Origin: an uncultured Acidimicrobiales bacterium
GTDB taxonomy: Bacteria > Actinomycetota > Acidimicrobiia > Acidimicrobiales > SZUA-35
Direction of reading: 5' to 3'
Length of the DNA stretch: 64,000 nt
Assembly (NCBI GenBank): GCA_963775125.1
Contig: CAVZHQ010000004.1
Span: forward strand, 7,549-71,548
The stretch's first letter is position 1, and each line of letters opens with the position of its first letter. The notes under the pieces are model-generated. The model was given only the letters and a program-made list of their open reading frames with translations, ran no database searches and was not told where the DNA came from. Made by a program: the position numbers and the translations under genes. Positions 36,195-50,073 of this stretch are shown in pieces.

Positions 36195-37217
36195 TCAGCC
36201 CTTGTTGGCGGCGCCGACGATGAGCGCCATCTCGACCAGACGGTTCGAGTAGCCCCACTCGTTGTCGTACCAGCCGAAGATCTTGACCAGGCTTCCCTGG
36301 GTCATGGTCATCCCGGCATCGAGCGTGCAGGACGCAGGCGAGGTGACGATGTCCGAGCTGACGATGGGCTCCTCGGTGTACTCGAGCACTCCGGCAAGAC
36401 GGCCGGACGAAGCGGCCGCGGCGAACGCGGCGTTGACTTCGTCGACCGTGGGCTCGCCGTTGACGACGGCCGTGAAGTCGGTGATCGAACCGGTGGGGAT
36501 CGGGACCCGCAACGAGGTGCCGTCGAGCTTGCCCTGCATGGCCTGGAGTACCAGGCCGGTCGCCCGGGCTGCTCCGGTGGAGGTGGGGACGATGTTGATG
36601 GCAGCGCCACGGGCCCGGCGGAGATCGGAGTGCGGGCCATCGACCAGCTGTTGGTCGCCGGTGTAGGCGTGGATGGTGGTCATGAGGCCCTGCTTGACGC
36701 CGAACGCATCGTCGAGGACCTTCACCATGGGGACGAAGCAGTTGGTGGTGCAGGACGCGTTGGAGACGACCTTGTCCTTCGCCGGATCGAAGGTGTCCTC
36801 GTTGACGCCGACCACGAAGGTGTTGTCGGCCGCAGTACACGGCGCCGACACGACGACGAACGGAGCGCCACCTTCGAGGTGGGCGGCGGCCGTGTCACGG
36901 CTGGTGAAGATGCCGGTCGATTCGATCACGACGTCGACACCGAGATCGCCCCAGGGGAGATCCTTCGGGTTCCGTTCGGCCAGGACTTTCAGCAGGTCTC
37001 CATCGACCGAGATGCCGCCATCGACGGCCTTGATGTCATTGGGAAGGCGGCCGAGCACCGAGTCGTACTTGAGCAAATGGGCCATGGTCTGCAGCGAGCC
37101 GAGGTCGTTGACCGCGACGAAGTCGATGTCGGCTCCCGTCTGCTTGGCGGCACGGAAGAAGTTCCGTCCGATACGACCGAAACCATTGATACCGACTCGG
37201 ATGGTCATGTGGGGCAT
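36195..37217 (-). CDS. gap: type I glyceraldehyde-3-phosphate dehydrogenase
   Basis: INGFGRIGRNF, SNASCTTNC and WYDNEWGYS. Confidence 0.95.
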   Translation of the reverse strand: MPHMTIRVGINGFGRIGRNFFRAAKQTGADIDFVAVNDLGSLQTMAHLLKYDSVLGRLPNDIKAVDGGISVDGDLLKVLAERNPKDLPWGDLGVDVVIESTGIFTSRDTAAAHLEGGAPFVVVSAPCTAADNTFVVGVNEDTFDPAKDKVVSNASCTTNCFVPMVKVLDDAFGVKQGLMTTIHAYTGDQQLVDGPHSDLRRARGAAINIVPTSTGAARATGLVLQAMQGKLDGTSLRVPIPTGSITDFTAVVNGEPTVDEVNAAFAAAASSGRLAGVLEYTEEPIVSSDIVTSPASCTLDAGMTMTQGSLVKIFGWYDNEWGYSNRLVEMALIVGAANKG

Positions 37218-37223
37218 TGCCTT

Positions 37224-37254
37224 TCTCGGATGTACAGCCCTCTCGGATGTACAG
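37224..37254 (-). promoter_or_regulatory. 14 bp direct repeat x2 (each containing the palindrome TGTACA) just upstream of the gap start
   Basis: TCTCGGATGTACAG at 37224-37237 and again at 37241-37254, with a 17 bp period. It lies 7-37 nt upstream of the gap ATG on the coding strand. Confidence 0.3.
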
Positions 37255-37308
37255 GGGGTAGAACTGGCTTGAAACGGGAGGGGGTGCGGGCGTGATTGCG
37301 GCTCAACC

Positions 37309-38175
37309 CTAGTGGCTCAGCAGAGCCTCAAGGATCTCTCCGAGCTTCTTGGGATCATGTTGATAGTTGTCGACGTCAGCGACGTCGGCGACGACGACCC
37401 TGGCGTCGACCTCGTCCACCCGGAACGTGCCCGGTGCCGCCACGACCGCGTCCATGACGATGCCATGCTGACGAAGCGTCTCGATGTGCTCGGGGAGGTC
37501 GAAGCCCATGGCCTGTCCCCGGTCGTTGGCGACGTTGGCGACGAACACTCGCTGGGCGCGGGTGTGCAGGAGCGCTACCCGGATCGCGGGAACCACCGCC
37601 GCGGCCAGTACCGAGGTGTAGAGCGAACCGGGCCCGATGATGACCTGATTGGCGTCGAGAATGGACTGGACCGCGGCCTCGGGTGAGGTGGGGTTCGCGG
37701 GGTCGAACCGGACGTTGCGAATGTTGGAGCCGCGCTCGATGGACACCTGCCCGCACAATTTGCCCTGGTCCGAATCGGCCAACAGGGTCACCGGCTCACG
37801 GGTCGCGGGGTAGATCTCGCCCTCGGCCCCCACCAGCCGGGCCACTTCTCGGACCGCGGTCTCGAAATCACCACACGCGCTCGTCAGGCCGGCGATGAGC
37901 AGGTTCCCGATGGGGTGGCCCTCGAGGGAGCCCCGATCGAATCGGTGCTCGAGTGATCGAGCCAAGAGCGAGTTGTCGCCGGCGAGCGCCGACAAGCAAC
38001 GTCGAAGGTCACCGGGAGCGGGGACGCCGAGCTCGCGTCGAAGCCGACCACTGGAGCCGCCATCGTCTGCGACCGACACGATGCCGACGATCTCCCCGGC
38101 ATAGAAGCGGGCAGCCCGAAGAGACGCCGCGAGGCCATGGCCTCCACCGAGTGCCACTACAAGAGGTCCGTTCAT
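37309..38175 (-). CDS. yvcK: YvcK/CofD-family gluconeogenesis factor
   Basis: Start at ATG 38175. VALGGGHGL, VADDGGSSGRLR and IIGPGSLYTS. Confidence 0.85.
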   Translation of the reverse strand: MNGPLVVALGGGHGLAASLRAARFYAGEIVGIVSVADDGGSSGRLRRELGVPAPGDLRRCLSALAGDNSLLARSLEHRFDRGSLEGHPIGNLLIAGLTSACGDFETAVREVARLVGAEGEIYPATREPVTLLADSDQGKLCGQVSIERGSNIRNVRFDPANPTSPEAAVQSILDANQVIIGPGSLYTSVLAAAVVPAIRVALLHTRAQRVFVANVANDRGQAMGFDLPEHIETLRQHGIVMDAVVAAPGTFRVDEVDARVVVADVADVDNYQHDPKKLGEILEALLSH

Positions 38176-38179
38176 GTGA

Positions 38180-39031
38180 TCAGCGGTTGATGTCTCGATG
38201 ATTGACTCTCGGCGTCCAGCCTCGCCGTTTGAGCAAATCGCCGACGGTTTCGGCAATCACCACGGAACGATGGCGGCCGCCGGTGCAACCGAACGCAATG
38301 TTCAGGTACGAACGGCCCTCCTCGGCGTGGGCCGGAACCAATTCGTCGAGCAGACCCATGAGTCGGTCGAGGAACCGGTCCGTCTGCTCTCGTTCCAGGA
38401 TGTAGGCCCGGACCTCGTCGTCAAGGCCCGACTGTTCACGTAACCCTTCGACCCAGTACGGATTGGGCAGGAACCGGCAGTCGATGATGGTGTCCACGTC
38501 GAGCGGCACTCCGTGTTTGAACCCGAACGACGACACGGTGATGCGCATGCCCGACGCCTGGTCTTCGGATCCGAACTCGCTGGTGAGTCGGTCGCGAAGC
38601 TGATGGGGGTTCATGTCGCTCGTGTCGATGACGAGGTCGGCTGCCGCCTTGACCGGGGCCAACATCTCCATCTCCCGGGTGATGGCGTCGACCAGACTTC
38701 CCTCGGACAACGGGTGGCGTCGTTTGGTGCTCTCGTAGCGGCGGACGATCACGTCGACCGAGGCGTTGAGGTAGATGATGCGGACGCTGCCGATGGAGGC
38801 TCGCAGACCGTGGATCTGGTCTTCCATCTCCTTGTCGTACCCGGCCATGGCCAAGGCGACGCGGTCGTACCGGCCCGACCCCGACGACGCCAGCTCGAGC
38901 ACTTTGGGCACGAGCGCCGCCGGCAGATTGTCGATCACGAACCAACCGAGGTCGTCCAGCACCCCGGCCGAGGTCGACCGACCCGCGCCGGAAAGTCCCG
39001 TGATCACCAACAGCTGTTTCATGTCGACCAT
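38180..39031 (-). CDS. rapZ: RNase adapter protein RapZ (YvcJ)
   Basis: ITGLSGAGRST (P-loop), FLDA-type middle region and AFGCTGGRHRSV. Confidence 0.9.
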   Translation of the reverse strand: MVDMKQLLVITGLSGAGRSTSAGVLDDLGWFVIDNLPAALVPKVLELASSGSGRYDRVALAMAGYDKEMEDQIHGLRASIGSVRIIYLNASVDVIVRRYESTKRRHPLSEGSLVDAITREMEMLAPVKAAADLVIDTSDMNPHQLRDRLTSEFGSEDQASGMRITVSSFGFKHGVPLDVDTIIDCRFLPNPYWVEGLREQSGLDDEVRAYILEREQTDRFLDRLMGLLDELVPAHAEEGRSYLNIAFGCTGGRHRSVVIAETVGDLLKRRGWTPRVNHRDINR

Positions 39032-39035
39032 TCTC

Positions 39036-39860
39036 TCATACGATCCTGCCGGTCTTCTGAAGCCGCAGCGCCAACAATCGTGGCACCGTGGCCGCGTCGA
39101 CGAAATCCGGTGCCTGGGCCAGGAACCCAGGGGGAGGCGCCGGCTCGTACATGTGGGCCAACGTCAATCCGTTCGCCACAAGCGTGTTGAGGTAGCGCGA
39201 CAGCGGTCGATGCACGAACCGAACCCAGACGTCGCGCTGAACCTGCTCGACGGTGGCCTGTTCGATCAGGTACGGACCGATCCGCCAGTACTGCTCCGGT
39301 GGGTCGAGGATCTGGTCGTCGATCCATCCGCTGCCCGGCGTCTGAAGCAGCGGATGGTTCAGCAGGAACACGAAGCGGCCGCCGGGACGCAGGACCCTCG
39401 AGACTTCGGCGATGGCCTCGTCGACATCGTCGATGTGCTCGAAGACCAGGCAGGCAACGACGGCATCGACGGAGCTGTCGGCCAACGGGATGGCTGCGGC
39501 CTCGGCCAATGCGTACCTGGGCCCCCCGCCTCTGCGCTCGGCTTCGTCGGTCTGCGCGGGGAACGGATCGATGCCGATCACTCGTGCCCCCGCCTCGGTC
39601 AGCGCCCGAGCCACTTGACCTTCACCTGTCCCGACGTCGAGGACCACGTCGAAGCCGCGGAGCTCATCGAGAATCAGCGGCAGGATCTGTTCGGTGTATT
39701 CCGGGTCGACCCCGTTGGTGAACTCGCGCTGCCACCATTCGGACAGCGCAGGATTCGACCATTCGGCCCCGTCCTCGTCGATCGGATCCAACTCGCCTTG
39801 TTCGGTCACGGGCATCTTTCGCAATGGGGCTGTCAAATCGGGAGGGAGGTCGGGGCTCAA
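39036..39860 (-). CDS. class I SAM-dependent methyltransferase
   Basis: VLDVGTGEGQVARAL (motif I) and RVLRPGGRFVFLLNHP. Confidence 0.8.
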   Translation of the reverse strand: MSPDLPPDLTAPLRKMPVTEQGELDPIDEDGAEWSNPALSEWWQREFTNGVDPEYTEQILPLILDELRGFDVVLDVGTGEGQVARALTEAGARVIGIDPFPAQTDEAERRGGGPRYALAEAAAIPLADSSVDAVVACLVFEHIDDVDEAIAEVSRVLRPGGRFVFLLNHPLLQTPGSGWIDDQILDPPEQYWRIGPYLIEQATVEQVQRDVWVRFVHRPLSRYLNTLVANGLTLAHMYEPAPPPGFLAQAPDFVDAATVPRLLALRLQKTGRIV

Positions 39861-41709
39861 TAGCCGTGCGTCTTGGCGAACACGGCCTCGGCGACAGCAT
39901 CGGGCAACCAGGGCAGAGCTTTGAGACGTTCCATGCTGGCTTTGCGGACGTTCTTGACGCCGCCGAGCTCACTGACCAACCGCTTCTTTCGGGTCGGGCC
40001 CAGCCCTGGGATGTCGTCGAGCACCGACTTGGTCATCCGCTTGTCCCGCAGCTGACGGTGATAGCTGATGGCGAACCGGTGGCTCTCGTCTCGGATCCGT
40101 TGCAGGAGGTACAGCGCTTCGGACTGCCGTGGGATGCGTATGGGTTCGCTGCGATGCGGGAGGTAGACCTCCTCGAACTGTTTGGCCAGGGAACAGACCG
40201 GGATCTCATCGGTCAGACCAAGTTCGTCGAGGACCCGAACCGCCACGCTCAGCTGGCCCTTTCCGCCGTCGACCACCAACAGCTGCGGCGGGTACTGGAA
40301 CTTGCCTCGCTCGGCGATCGGCTTCGCCTTGTCGACCACGTAGCTCTGCAACCGACGGGTGAGCACCTCCCCCATCGCTGCGAAGTCATCGTTCTGATCG
40401 ACGGTCTTGATCTTGAAGCGCCGATACTCCCGCCGGGCGGCCACCCCGTCTTCGACGACCACCATCGAGCCGACGTAATCGGTCCCTTGCAGGTGACTCA
40501 TGTCGAAGCACTCGATGCGTAGCGGCGCCTCGGGCAGACTCAGCCATTCCTGGAGTTCGTTGAGCGCCTTGGCCCGGGCGTTGTGGTCGCTGGCGCGACG
40601 CAGCCGGTGCCGGGTGAACTCCTCCTCTGCGTTCTGCGTGACCGTTGCCAGCAGCTCGCGTTTTCGCCGCGCTGGGGAACTCGGATCTCGACGTTGCTCC
40701 CGCGGAGCAGGCTGAGCCAATCCTGGTAGAGGGTGGCGTCGGTGCACTCGTGCGGCACCAGCACCGCCTTCGGCATGCCCTGGATCGGATCTTCGTCGTA
40801 CAGGCCCTCGAGGACCTTGTCGATCAGTTCGTCGTCATCCAGGCGCTCGACCTTGTCGAGCACGAAGCTCTGGCGACCGACAACCCGACCCTTGCGGACG
40901 AAGAACACGAAGACCAACGCCTCGAGGTCGTCCTGGGCGATGCCGACGACATCGAGGTCTTCGCTCCGTTCGGCCACCATCTGTTGTCGTTCGACTGCTT
41001 TGCGGACCGTGGCCACCCGGTCGCGCAGGCGGGCAGCCCGCTCGAACTCCAGGTCGGTTGCGGCGGCGCGCATCTCGAGTTCGAGCCGCTCGATCACGGG
41101 CTCGGTGTCGCCTTCGAGGAACTGGGTGAGGTCGTCGACCATCTTCTGATACTCGGTCGGCGTCACCTCACCGACACACGGTCCCGAGCACTTCTCGATG
41201 TGGAACAGCAGGCAGGGCTTACCCAGCTTCTGGTGGCGGCCCAGCTTCACGTCGGTGCAGGTGCGAATGGGGAAGGTCCGAAGCAACTGATCGAGGGTCT
41301 CGCGGATGGCGTAGGCGTGGGCATACGGTCCGAAGTACTTGGTGTCCTTGCGTTTTGCTCCCCGCATGACCCGTGCGCGTGGCCATTCGTCGGAGACCGT
41401 CAGCGCCAGGAACGGGTAGCTCTTGTCGTCGACCAGGCGGACGTTGAACCGGGGACGATGCTCCTTGATGAGGTTGAACTCGAGCATCAACGCTTCGACG
41501 TCGTTGCGGACCTGCATCCACTCGACCGTTTCGGCCGTCGCGACCATCTGGGCGGTTCGGGGATGCAGGTTGATGGGGTTCTGGAAGTAGTTGGACAACC
41601 GAGACCGAAGCGACTTGGCCTTGCCGACGTAGATGACCCGGCCGGCAGCGTCCTTGAACTGGTAGGAGCCGGGCGCGTCGGGAATCGAGCCGGCGGGGGG
41701 ACGCTTCAT
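39857..41709 (-). pseudogene. uvrC: excinuclease ABC subunit C; frame broken in the T4 run at 40661-40664
   Basis: N-terminal frame from ATG 41709: GSYQFKDAAGRVIYVGKAKSLRSRLSNYF (GIY-YIG)...IRVPQRGE. The second frame continues (K)RELLATVTQNAEEEF...ECFDMSHLQG...GGKGQL...HhH tail. GAAAAC where GAAAAAC would restore the frame. Confidence 0.9.
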
Positions 41710-41829
41710 TGCCGTAAGTGTAGGGACCCACACGGTCCGGGCAGGACGAGGGGCATCAAGTCGGGCCGATTGCGGCCGATGGATACCCAGCACTCGCCGT
41801 TCCCGAACCATCACCCGGGGTACTCGTCC

Positions 41830-43293
41830 ATGGAAACCTGCCAACGCTGCCAAAGCGTCCTGCCACGCACCGCTCATGTGTGCCAGGTATGCGGAACGCC
41901 GGTCGGCCTGCTCGCGCCTGGCGATCCGAGGAGCGCAGCGTCGTGGCGATCGCACGAGTCATCGCGGCCGGCGACCATCGATGCCGACACGTTTCTCAGC
42001 GACCTCCTCGACGAGCGGCCGTCCGACCCGGCACCGGAGGTGGCCTTCGATCCGTCGAGCTGGCAGATCGCCCAACCCGAGTCCGGGCCCGGGTTGTCGA
42101 GCCGCGAACTCGAAACGCAGGACCCCTTCACCCTCACCCCCGAGCAGCGGGTCGCGCTGGCCCACCAGCCGACCCGGCCACAACCACCGCAAGCGCCATC
42201 GACCCCGGACGCTCCTGAGCACCTCGGCGCGCCCTGGCAATCTCTGGCCGAGGAGACCGGCCTCGCCAACCGAGAACCAGACATGCCGAACGACGGGCCC
42301 AGCCTCGAATGGCAGGAAGCCGGGTGGGACGAGACCAGTCACGACGCAATGCACCCGCGCCGAACCGGCCACGACGGCGCCCGACCCCGGACAGAGTCCG
42401 ACAGCTACTCTCCGGTTCCCGAGAGCACGATGAGCAACCCGATCGAGGAGTTGCCCACCCGCGCCGTTTCGGCAATCTCGAATCGGGTGGACGCCGACAT
42501 CTCGGTCGGGCCCCACGAGAACCATCGCCTGGTCACCATCGGGTCGGCCGTTCTGGCCCTGCTCATGTTCGTCGGCAGCACGGCCGCAATGCTCTTCACC
42601 GAAACCGGAAACAACGCCCTCACCGCCTCGGCCGCGGTCGGTCAAAACGCCGAGAACGAACTGGCCTATGTCGAAGATCCCGACTCGGTGGTGAGGCTGC
42701 TCAGTCCTGGTCTGGTCCAGGTGACGTTCACCGGATGCAACGGCGTACCCACGGTGTACGGCGGGGCGATGGTGACCCAATCGGACACGATCATCGTGCC
42801 CCTGCCCGTGAACCCCGAATCGGCTCAGGTCATGGTTTCGACCTCGGCCGGCGACGTGATCGGCACCGTGGCCGGATGGGGGTTGAACGAGCGGATGGCG
42901 CTGATCCAGCTGCCGTCGCCGCTGGCTGCCGATCCGCTCGTGTGGGGCTCGGCCAACAACCTCGCCAAGGACAGCGAGTTGACGCTCATCACCCTCCAGG
43001 CCGGCAGCTGGACTGCCGGCCCCGCCCGAACCGGCACCATCGTTCGCAACCGCGACGGCGTCTTCAGCAACGTCAAACTTTCGGATGGAACGCTGATCGA
43101 TGGCGCGCTCGTCATCAGCGACGGCAACCTGGTGGGCATGGTCAAGCCGTCCGAGGCGACCAGCATCGTCACCGCAGACATCCTTCGATCAGCGGTCGGC
43201 AGAATGCTCGTGGACCGATCGTGGACACCGACACCGTGCGCCGTCGACCCGGCGACATCCACCACCGCCATCCCAGCGCCGCCCGGCGGCTGA
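41830..43293 (+). CDS. zinc-ribbon / disordered linker / TM / trypsin-like-fold hypothetical protein
   Basis: Start at ATG 41830; the 882 aa ORF upstream of this is antisense to uvrC. CQRCQSVLPRTAHVCQVCG, a long Pro/Glu-rich linker, the TM helix LVTIGSAVLALLMFVGSTAAMLF, then a beta-rich C-terminal domain. I did not identify a catalytic triad. Confidence 0.5.
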   Translation: METCQRCQSVLPRTAHVCQVCGTPVGLLAPGDPRSAASWRSHESSRPATIDADTFLSDLLDERPSDPAPEVAFDPSSWQIAQPESGPGLSSRELETQDPFTLTPEQRVALAHQPTRPQPPQAPSTPDAPEHLGAPWQSLAEETGLANREPDMPNDGPSLEWQEAGWDETSHDAMHPRRTGHDGARPRTESDSYSPVPESTMSNPIEELPTRAVSAISNRVDADISVGPHENHRLVTIGSAVLALLMFVGSTAAMLFTETGNNALTASAAVGQNAENELAYVEDPDSVVRLLSPGLVQVTFTGCNGVPTVYGGAMVTQSDTIIVPLPVNPESAQVMVSTSAGDVIGTVAGWGLNERMALIQLPSPLAADPLVWGSANNLAKDSELTLITLQAGSWTAGPARTGTIVRNRDGVFSNVKLSDGTLIDGALVISDGNLVGMVKPSEATSIVTADILRSAVGRMLVDRSWTPTPCAVDPATSTTAIPAPPGG

Positions 43294-43316
43294 GCGGCAA
43301 CGGGCCGAGCAGGGCA

Positions 43317-46167
<2,851 letters not shown>

Positions 46168-46186
46168 GCCGGGGAGCCTACCGGCG

Positions 46187-47971
46187 TCACCCCCCTAGAA
46201 CGTGTGTTCGTTCGAAGAGAATGAGCCGGCTGTCGAAGAGCTCGAGGTCGCCACGAACCTCGGTGGCGCGGAACTGATCCGCCCATTCGGGGGCGGGCGC
46301 GTCCGGATCGAACCCGAAGGCATCGGGAGACACCAGCAGGAAGCTTGTTTCGCCGGCCGCCGCGAGCGCGACGACCAGTTCGGGGAGCGCCTCGACGTCC
46401 GGCGCCGACAGCCAACGGCGATCGAGCGCGAGGGGCCCGGCCTCACGGGCGTGGTGCCCGTCGAGGAAGACCACGACCGTCTCCTCTGCCGAGGCCTGGA
46501 CCAGGGTGTCCCAGTCGTTCATCACCAGGTCCGAGCGATGCACCCTCCAGGCAACGCCGTAGATCGTGGCCAGAAGTCCGGCGACGGCGATGGCCGAGAC
46601 GACCTGACGGTGCGCGTCGGACACGAGGGCCACCGCAGTCACGACCAGCAGGGCGCCCGAGGCCAGCAGGTAGCGCCCGCCCCACTGGGCGTAGGCGCCT
46701 TCGGTGAACTGCACCGCGAGCACCAAGGGCACGGGCGCCAACGCAAGTGTCCCGATGAGCACCTGTCGGTGTCGGACGAGTGCGACCGCTCCGACGACCG
46801 CCAAAGGTGTCGTCGGAACAAGGCCGGGCACGAACCGCAGCCCGAACAGTAGCCAGACAACGCCGACGCACAGAGCCGCCGCTCGAAGGACCGACGTCGG
46901 CAGGGTGTTGGCGCTGCCCGACAGGCGGGTCGCAGACCACCACAGCAACGCAGCCAGCAGCCCCAAGCCCAACACATAGGACAACGGGTGCTCGTCGTTG
47001 AACGGAAAGACCAAGGTGATCAAGCCGACATGGAGCCGTTCGACGGCTCCTGCACCGGCCCCGCTCGCGGTCCCCACCGCTCGGGCACCTCGAAGCGAAC
47101 CGCCGGTCACCGCGATCTCGAGCGCCGAGTTCGCACCCATCATCGTTGCGAAGCCGACCAACATGGCCAGCCCCCGGAGTACCCCAGCCGTCATCGACCG
47201 GCGACGGACCAGGGTTGCGCCGAGCACGATGCCGGCGACAAGACCGTAGACCAGCGCCTCTTGGCGCATGGTGCCGGCGAAGCCGAAGGCCAATCCGGCG
47301 CCGAATGCGGCCAGTGCTTGCTGCCGGCCGCTGGTGGCGCGCCAGGGCCCGCCGCCAGTGCGGGAACTGAGGGGCCCGATGGCTTCGAGCGTCAGCACCC
47401 ACCCAGCCAACACGCCGGCCAAACCCAACGAGTGTTCCCAGAAGTCGAGGGCGTAGACCGCAACGGGTGTTGCCACGCCGACGACCACGACCGATCGGAA
47501 GCCGGTGCCGAAGTCGGCGAAACCGGCCAAGGCCCGAATGCGTCGTTCGAGCGCGCCTGCTGCCAAGGCAGCGCCAATGGCTCCGACGAACGGAAACAAC
47601 AACACCGCCCGTTCGCCGCCAAGACCCAGCCGCTCCCCCGCGGCCCACACGGGCCGAGCGGCCAGCACCATGGTCAGGCTCGTGGTGTTGAGCCACTGGC
47701 CGTCAGCGGTCTCGAGCGTGTTGGCGAAGGGATGGAAGCGACCTTGCGGGTCCTGGTCGGCGAACCAGTACCCGATGTCTGGGTTCCAGCTGTCCGCAGC
47801 CGCCATCGCCGCCACACTCGCTGTCTTCCCACCGGTGTCGGTGCTGAGGTAGCCGCCAGGCCGGACGAAGAGACCTGCCGCGGCATACATCAACAGCAAC
47901 GACAAGGCAAGCACCGGCCAGCGTTGCCACGTCTCTTTCACGAGCGATCCATCGGCCGCGCCGTCGGTCAA
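46187..47971 (-). CDS. polytopic membrane protein (possibly a GT-C-type glycosyltransferase)
   Basis: 594 aa intact ORF with many hydrophobic helices and a soluble C-terminal domain. Family not recognised with confidence. Confidence 0.5.
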   Translation of the reverse strand: MTDGAADGSLVKETWQRWPVLALSLLLMYAAAGLFVRPGGYLSTDTGGKTASVAAMAAADSWNPDIGYWFADQDPQGRFHPFANTLETADGQWLNTTSLTMVLAARPVWAAGERLGLGGERAVLLFPFVGAIGAALAAGALERRIRALAGFADFGTGFRSVVVVGVATPVAVYALDFWEHSLGLAGVLAGWVLTLEAIGPLSSRTGGGPWRATSGRQQALAAFGAGLAFGFAGTMRQEALVYGLVAGIVLGATLVRRRSMTAGVLRGLAMLVGFATMMGANSALEIAVTGGSLRGARAVGTASGAGAGAVERLHVGLITLVFPFNDEHPLSYVLGLGLLAALLWWSATRLSGSANTLPTSVLRAAALCVGVVWLLFGLRFVPGLVPTTPLAVVGAVALVRHRQVLIGTLALAPVPLVLAVQFTEGAYAQWGGRYLLASGALLVVTAVALVSDAHRQVVSAIAVAGLLATIYGVAWRVHRSDLVMNDWDTLVQASAEETVVVFLDGHHAREAGPLALDRRWLSAPDVEALPELVVALAAAGETSFLLVSPDAFGFDPDAPAPEWADQFRATEVRGDLELFDSRLILFERTHVLGG

Positions 47972-48014
47972 TCAAGGACCTCGGCCCCATCAGGCAGCGA
48001 CTCGTGGAGCAGCC

Positions 48015-50042
48015 TCAGACCATCTCCCGCAATTCTCGCCGTAGATCACGGATCTCGTCCCGGAGGCGAGCGGCGTACTCGAAGCGAAGATCGGCCGACG
48101 CCTCGTGCATCTCTTCTTCGAGGGTGAGGATGAGTCGATTGAGATCGTCCTGAGGAAGTGCGCTGAGTTCTTTGATCCTGGCTTGCTCCTCGGGCCGCCG
48201 ACGGCGCTTGTCGCCCGCCTTGTTCGGTGTGGGAGCGGTTTCGCTGGGACGGATCATGGCCAAGATGTCGGTGACCGCCTTGCGGATGGTCTGCGGGTTG
48301 ATGCCACGCTCGAGGTTGTAGGCCACCTGGAGACCACGCCGACGATTCGTCTCCGAAATGGCCCGCTGCATCGAGTCGGTGATCTGGTCGGCGTACATGA
48401 TCACCCTCCCTTCGACGTTTCGGGCGGCTCGTCCGATGGTCTGGATGAGCGACGTCTCGGAGCGGAGGAAGCCTTCCTTGTCGGCGTCGAGGATGGTGAC
48501 CAACTGCACCTCGGGAAGGTCGAGACCCTCGCGCAACAGGTTGATGCCGACCAGCACGTCGAACTCACCCAGCCGCAAGCCGCGCAACGTCTGGATGCGT
48601 TGGATGGTGTCGATCTCGGAATGGAGGTAACGCACCCGAACCCCCTGCTCGAGCAGGTAGTCGGTGAGGTCCTCGGCCATCTTCTTGGTGAGCGTGGTGA
48701 CGAGCACTCGGCCGTCGTTGGCGACGACCTTGGTGATCTCTTCCAGGAGGTCATCGATCTGGCCCTTGGTGGGCTTGATGATGACCTCGGGATCGATGAG
48801 GCCGGTGGGCCGGACGATCTGTTCGACGATCTGGGCGGAATGGGAGATCTCGTACGGACTGGGGGTGGCCGAGAGAAAGACCACCTGACCGGTTCGCTCG
48901 AGCCACTCCTCGAACCGCAGGGGGCGGTTGTCGACCGCTGAGGGAAGCCGGAACCCGTGATCGACCAGCGTCTCCTTGCGGCTGCGGTCTCCCGCGTACT
49001 GGCCGTGGAGCTGGGGAATGGCCACGTGGCTCTCGTCGATGACCGTCAGGTAGTCGTCGGGGAAGAAGTCGAGCAACGTGAACGGCGGCTGGCCGGCCAC
49101 CCGACCATCGAGGTGACGGCTGTAGTTCTCGATGCCGTTGCAGAAGCCCATCTCGGCCATCATCTCGAGGTCGTACTGGGTGCGCATCCGGAGCCGCTGC
49201 GCCTCGAGCAACTTGTTCTGACCCTCGAACTCGGCCAGCCGCTCTTGGAGCTCGGACTCGATGGAGCCGATGGCTCGCTGCATGAGCTCGTCGGAGGTGG
49301 TGTAGTGCGTATTCGGGAACACGACCACCTCGGCCAGATCGGCCAGGCGTTCGCCGGTGAGGGGATCGACGGTGGTGATGGATTCGACTTCGTCGCCGAA
49401 CAGCTCGATCCGGACGATGAACTCTTCGTAGGCCGGATGCACTTCGATGGTGTCGCCCCGCACCCGGAACTTGCCCCGAACGAGGTTCATGTCGTTTCGT
49501 TCGTACTGCATCCGCACCAGGTCGGCGAGGATCGACCGCTGGTCGTACTCCTTGCCCGCCTGGACGATCAGCAGCTTGTTGCGGTATTCGTCGGGGGAAC
49601 CCAGGCCGTAGATGCAGCTGACCGAGGCGACCACGATGGTGTCCCGGCGGGTGAGCAGGGACGCCGTGGTGCTGTGTCGGAGGCGATCGATCTCGTCGTT
49701 GACGGACGAGTCCTTCTCGATGTAGGTGTCCGAGGAGGGGATGTATGCCTCGGGCTGGTAGTAGTCGTAGTAGCTGACGAAGTACTCGACCCGGTTGTCG
49801 GGGAAGAACTCTCGGAACTCGTTGGCCAGCTGGGCGGCCAAGGACTTGTTGGGAGCGAGCACCAGCGTTGGCCGCTGCACCTGCTCGATGGTCCACGCGA
49901 TGGTGGCCGACTTTCCCGAGCCGGTGATGCCGAGCAGTGTCTGCGCCTTGTGCCCTTGCTCGATGCCGTGCACCAACTGTTCGATGGCCTTCGGCTGATC
50001 GCCCGCGGGCGCGTATTCGGTGACCATCTTGAACGGCGGCAT
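48015..50042 (-). CDS. uvrB: excinuclease ABC subunit B
   Basis: 675 aa intact. [12 protein letters not shown], beta-hairpin region [10 protein letters not shown] and the UVR domain at the C-terminus. Confidence 0.95.
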   Translation of the reverse strand: MPPFKMVTEYAPAGDQPKAIEQLVHGIEQGHKAQTLLGITGSGKSATIAWTIEQVQRPTLVLAPNKSLAAQLANEFREFFPDNRVEYFVSYYDYYQPEAYIPSSDTYIEKDSSVNDEIDRLRHSTTASLLTRRDTIVVASVSCIYGLGSPDEYRNKLLIVQAGKEYDQRSILADLVRMQYERNDMNLVRGKFRVRGDTIEVHPAYEEFIVRIELFGDEVESITTVDPLTGERLADLAEVVVFPNTHYTTSDELMQRAIGSIESELQERLAEFEGQNKLLEAQRLRMRTQYDLEMMAEMGFCNGIENYSRHLDGRVAGQPPFTLLDFFPDDYLTVIDESHVAIPQLHGQYAGDRSRKETLVDHGFRLPSAVDNRPLRFEEWLERTGQVVFLSATPSPYEISHSAQIVEQIVRPTGLIDPEVIIKPTKGQIDDLLEEITKVVANDGRVLVTTLTKKMAEDLTDYLLEQGVRVRYLHSEIDTIQRIQTLRGLRLGEFDVLVGINLLREGLDLPEVQLVTILDADKEGFLRSETSLIQTIGRAARNVEGRVIMYADQITDSMQRAISETNRRRGLQVAYNLERGINPQTIRKAVTDILAMIRPSETAPTPNKAGDKRRRRPEEQARIKELSALPQDDLNRLILTLEEEMHEASADLRFEYAARLRDEIRDLRRELREMV

Positions 50043-50073
50043 TGAAGCAGCCTACCGATGGCCAGTGACAGCC

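Noticed and set aside
35008-36840. 610 aa minus-strand ORF spanning pgk and part of gap
   Set aside because: The upstream 220 codons overlap the gap gene in another frame and read as low-complexity R/G/P text. pgk starts at GTG 36180.
40645-43293. 882 aa plus-strand ORF
   Set aside because: Its first 395 codons run antisense to uvrC and have arginine/glycine-rich high-GC shadow composition. Only the part from ATG 41830 looks like a real protein.
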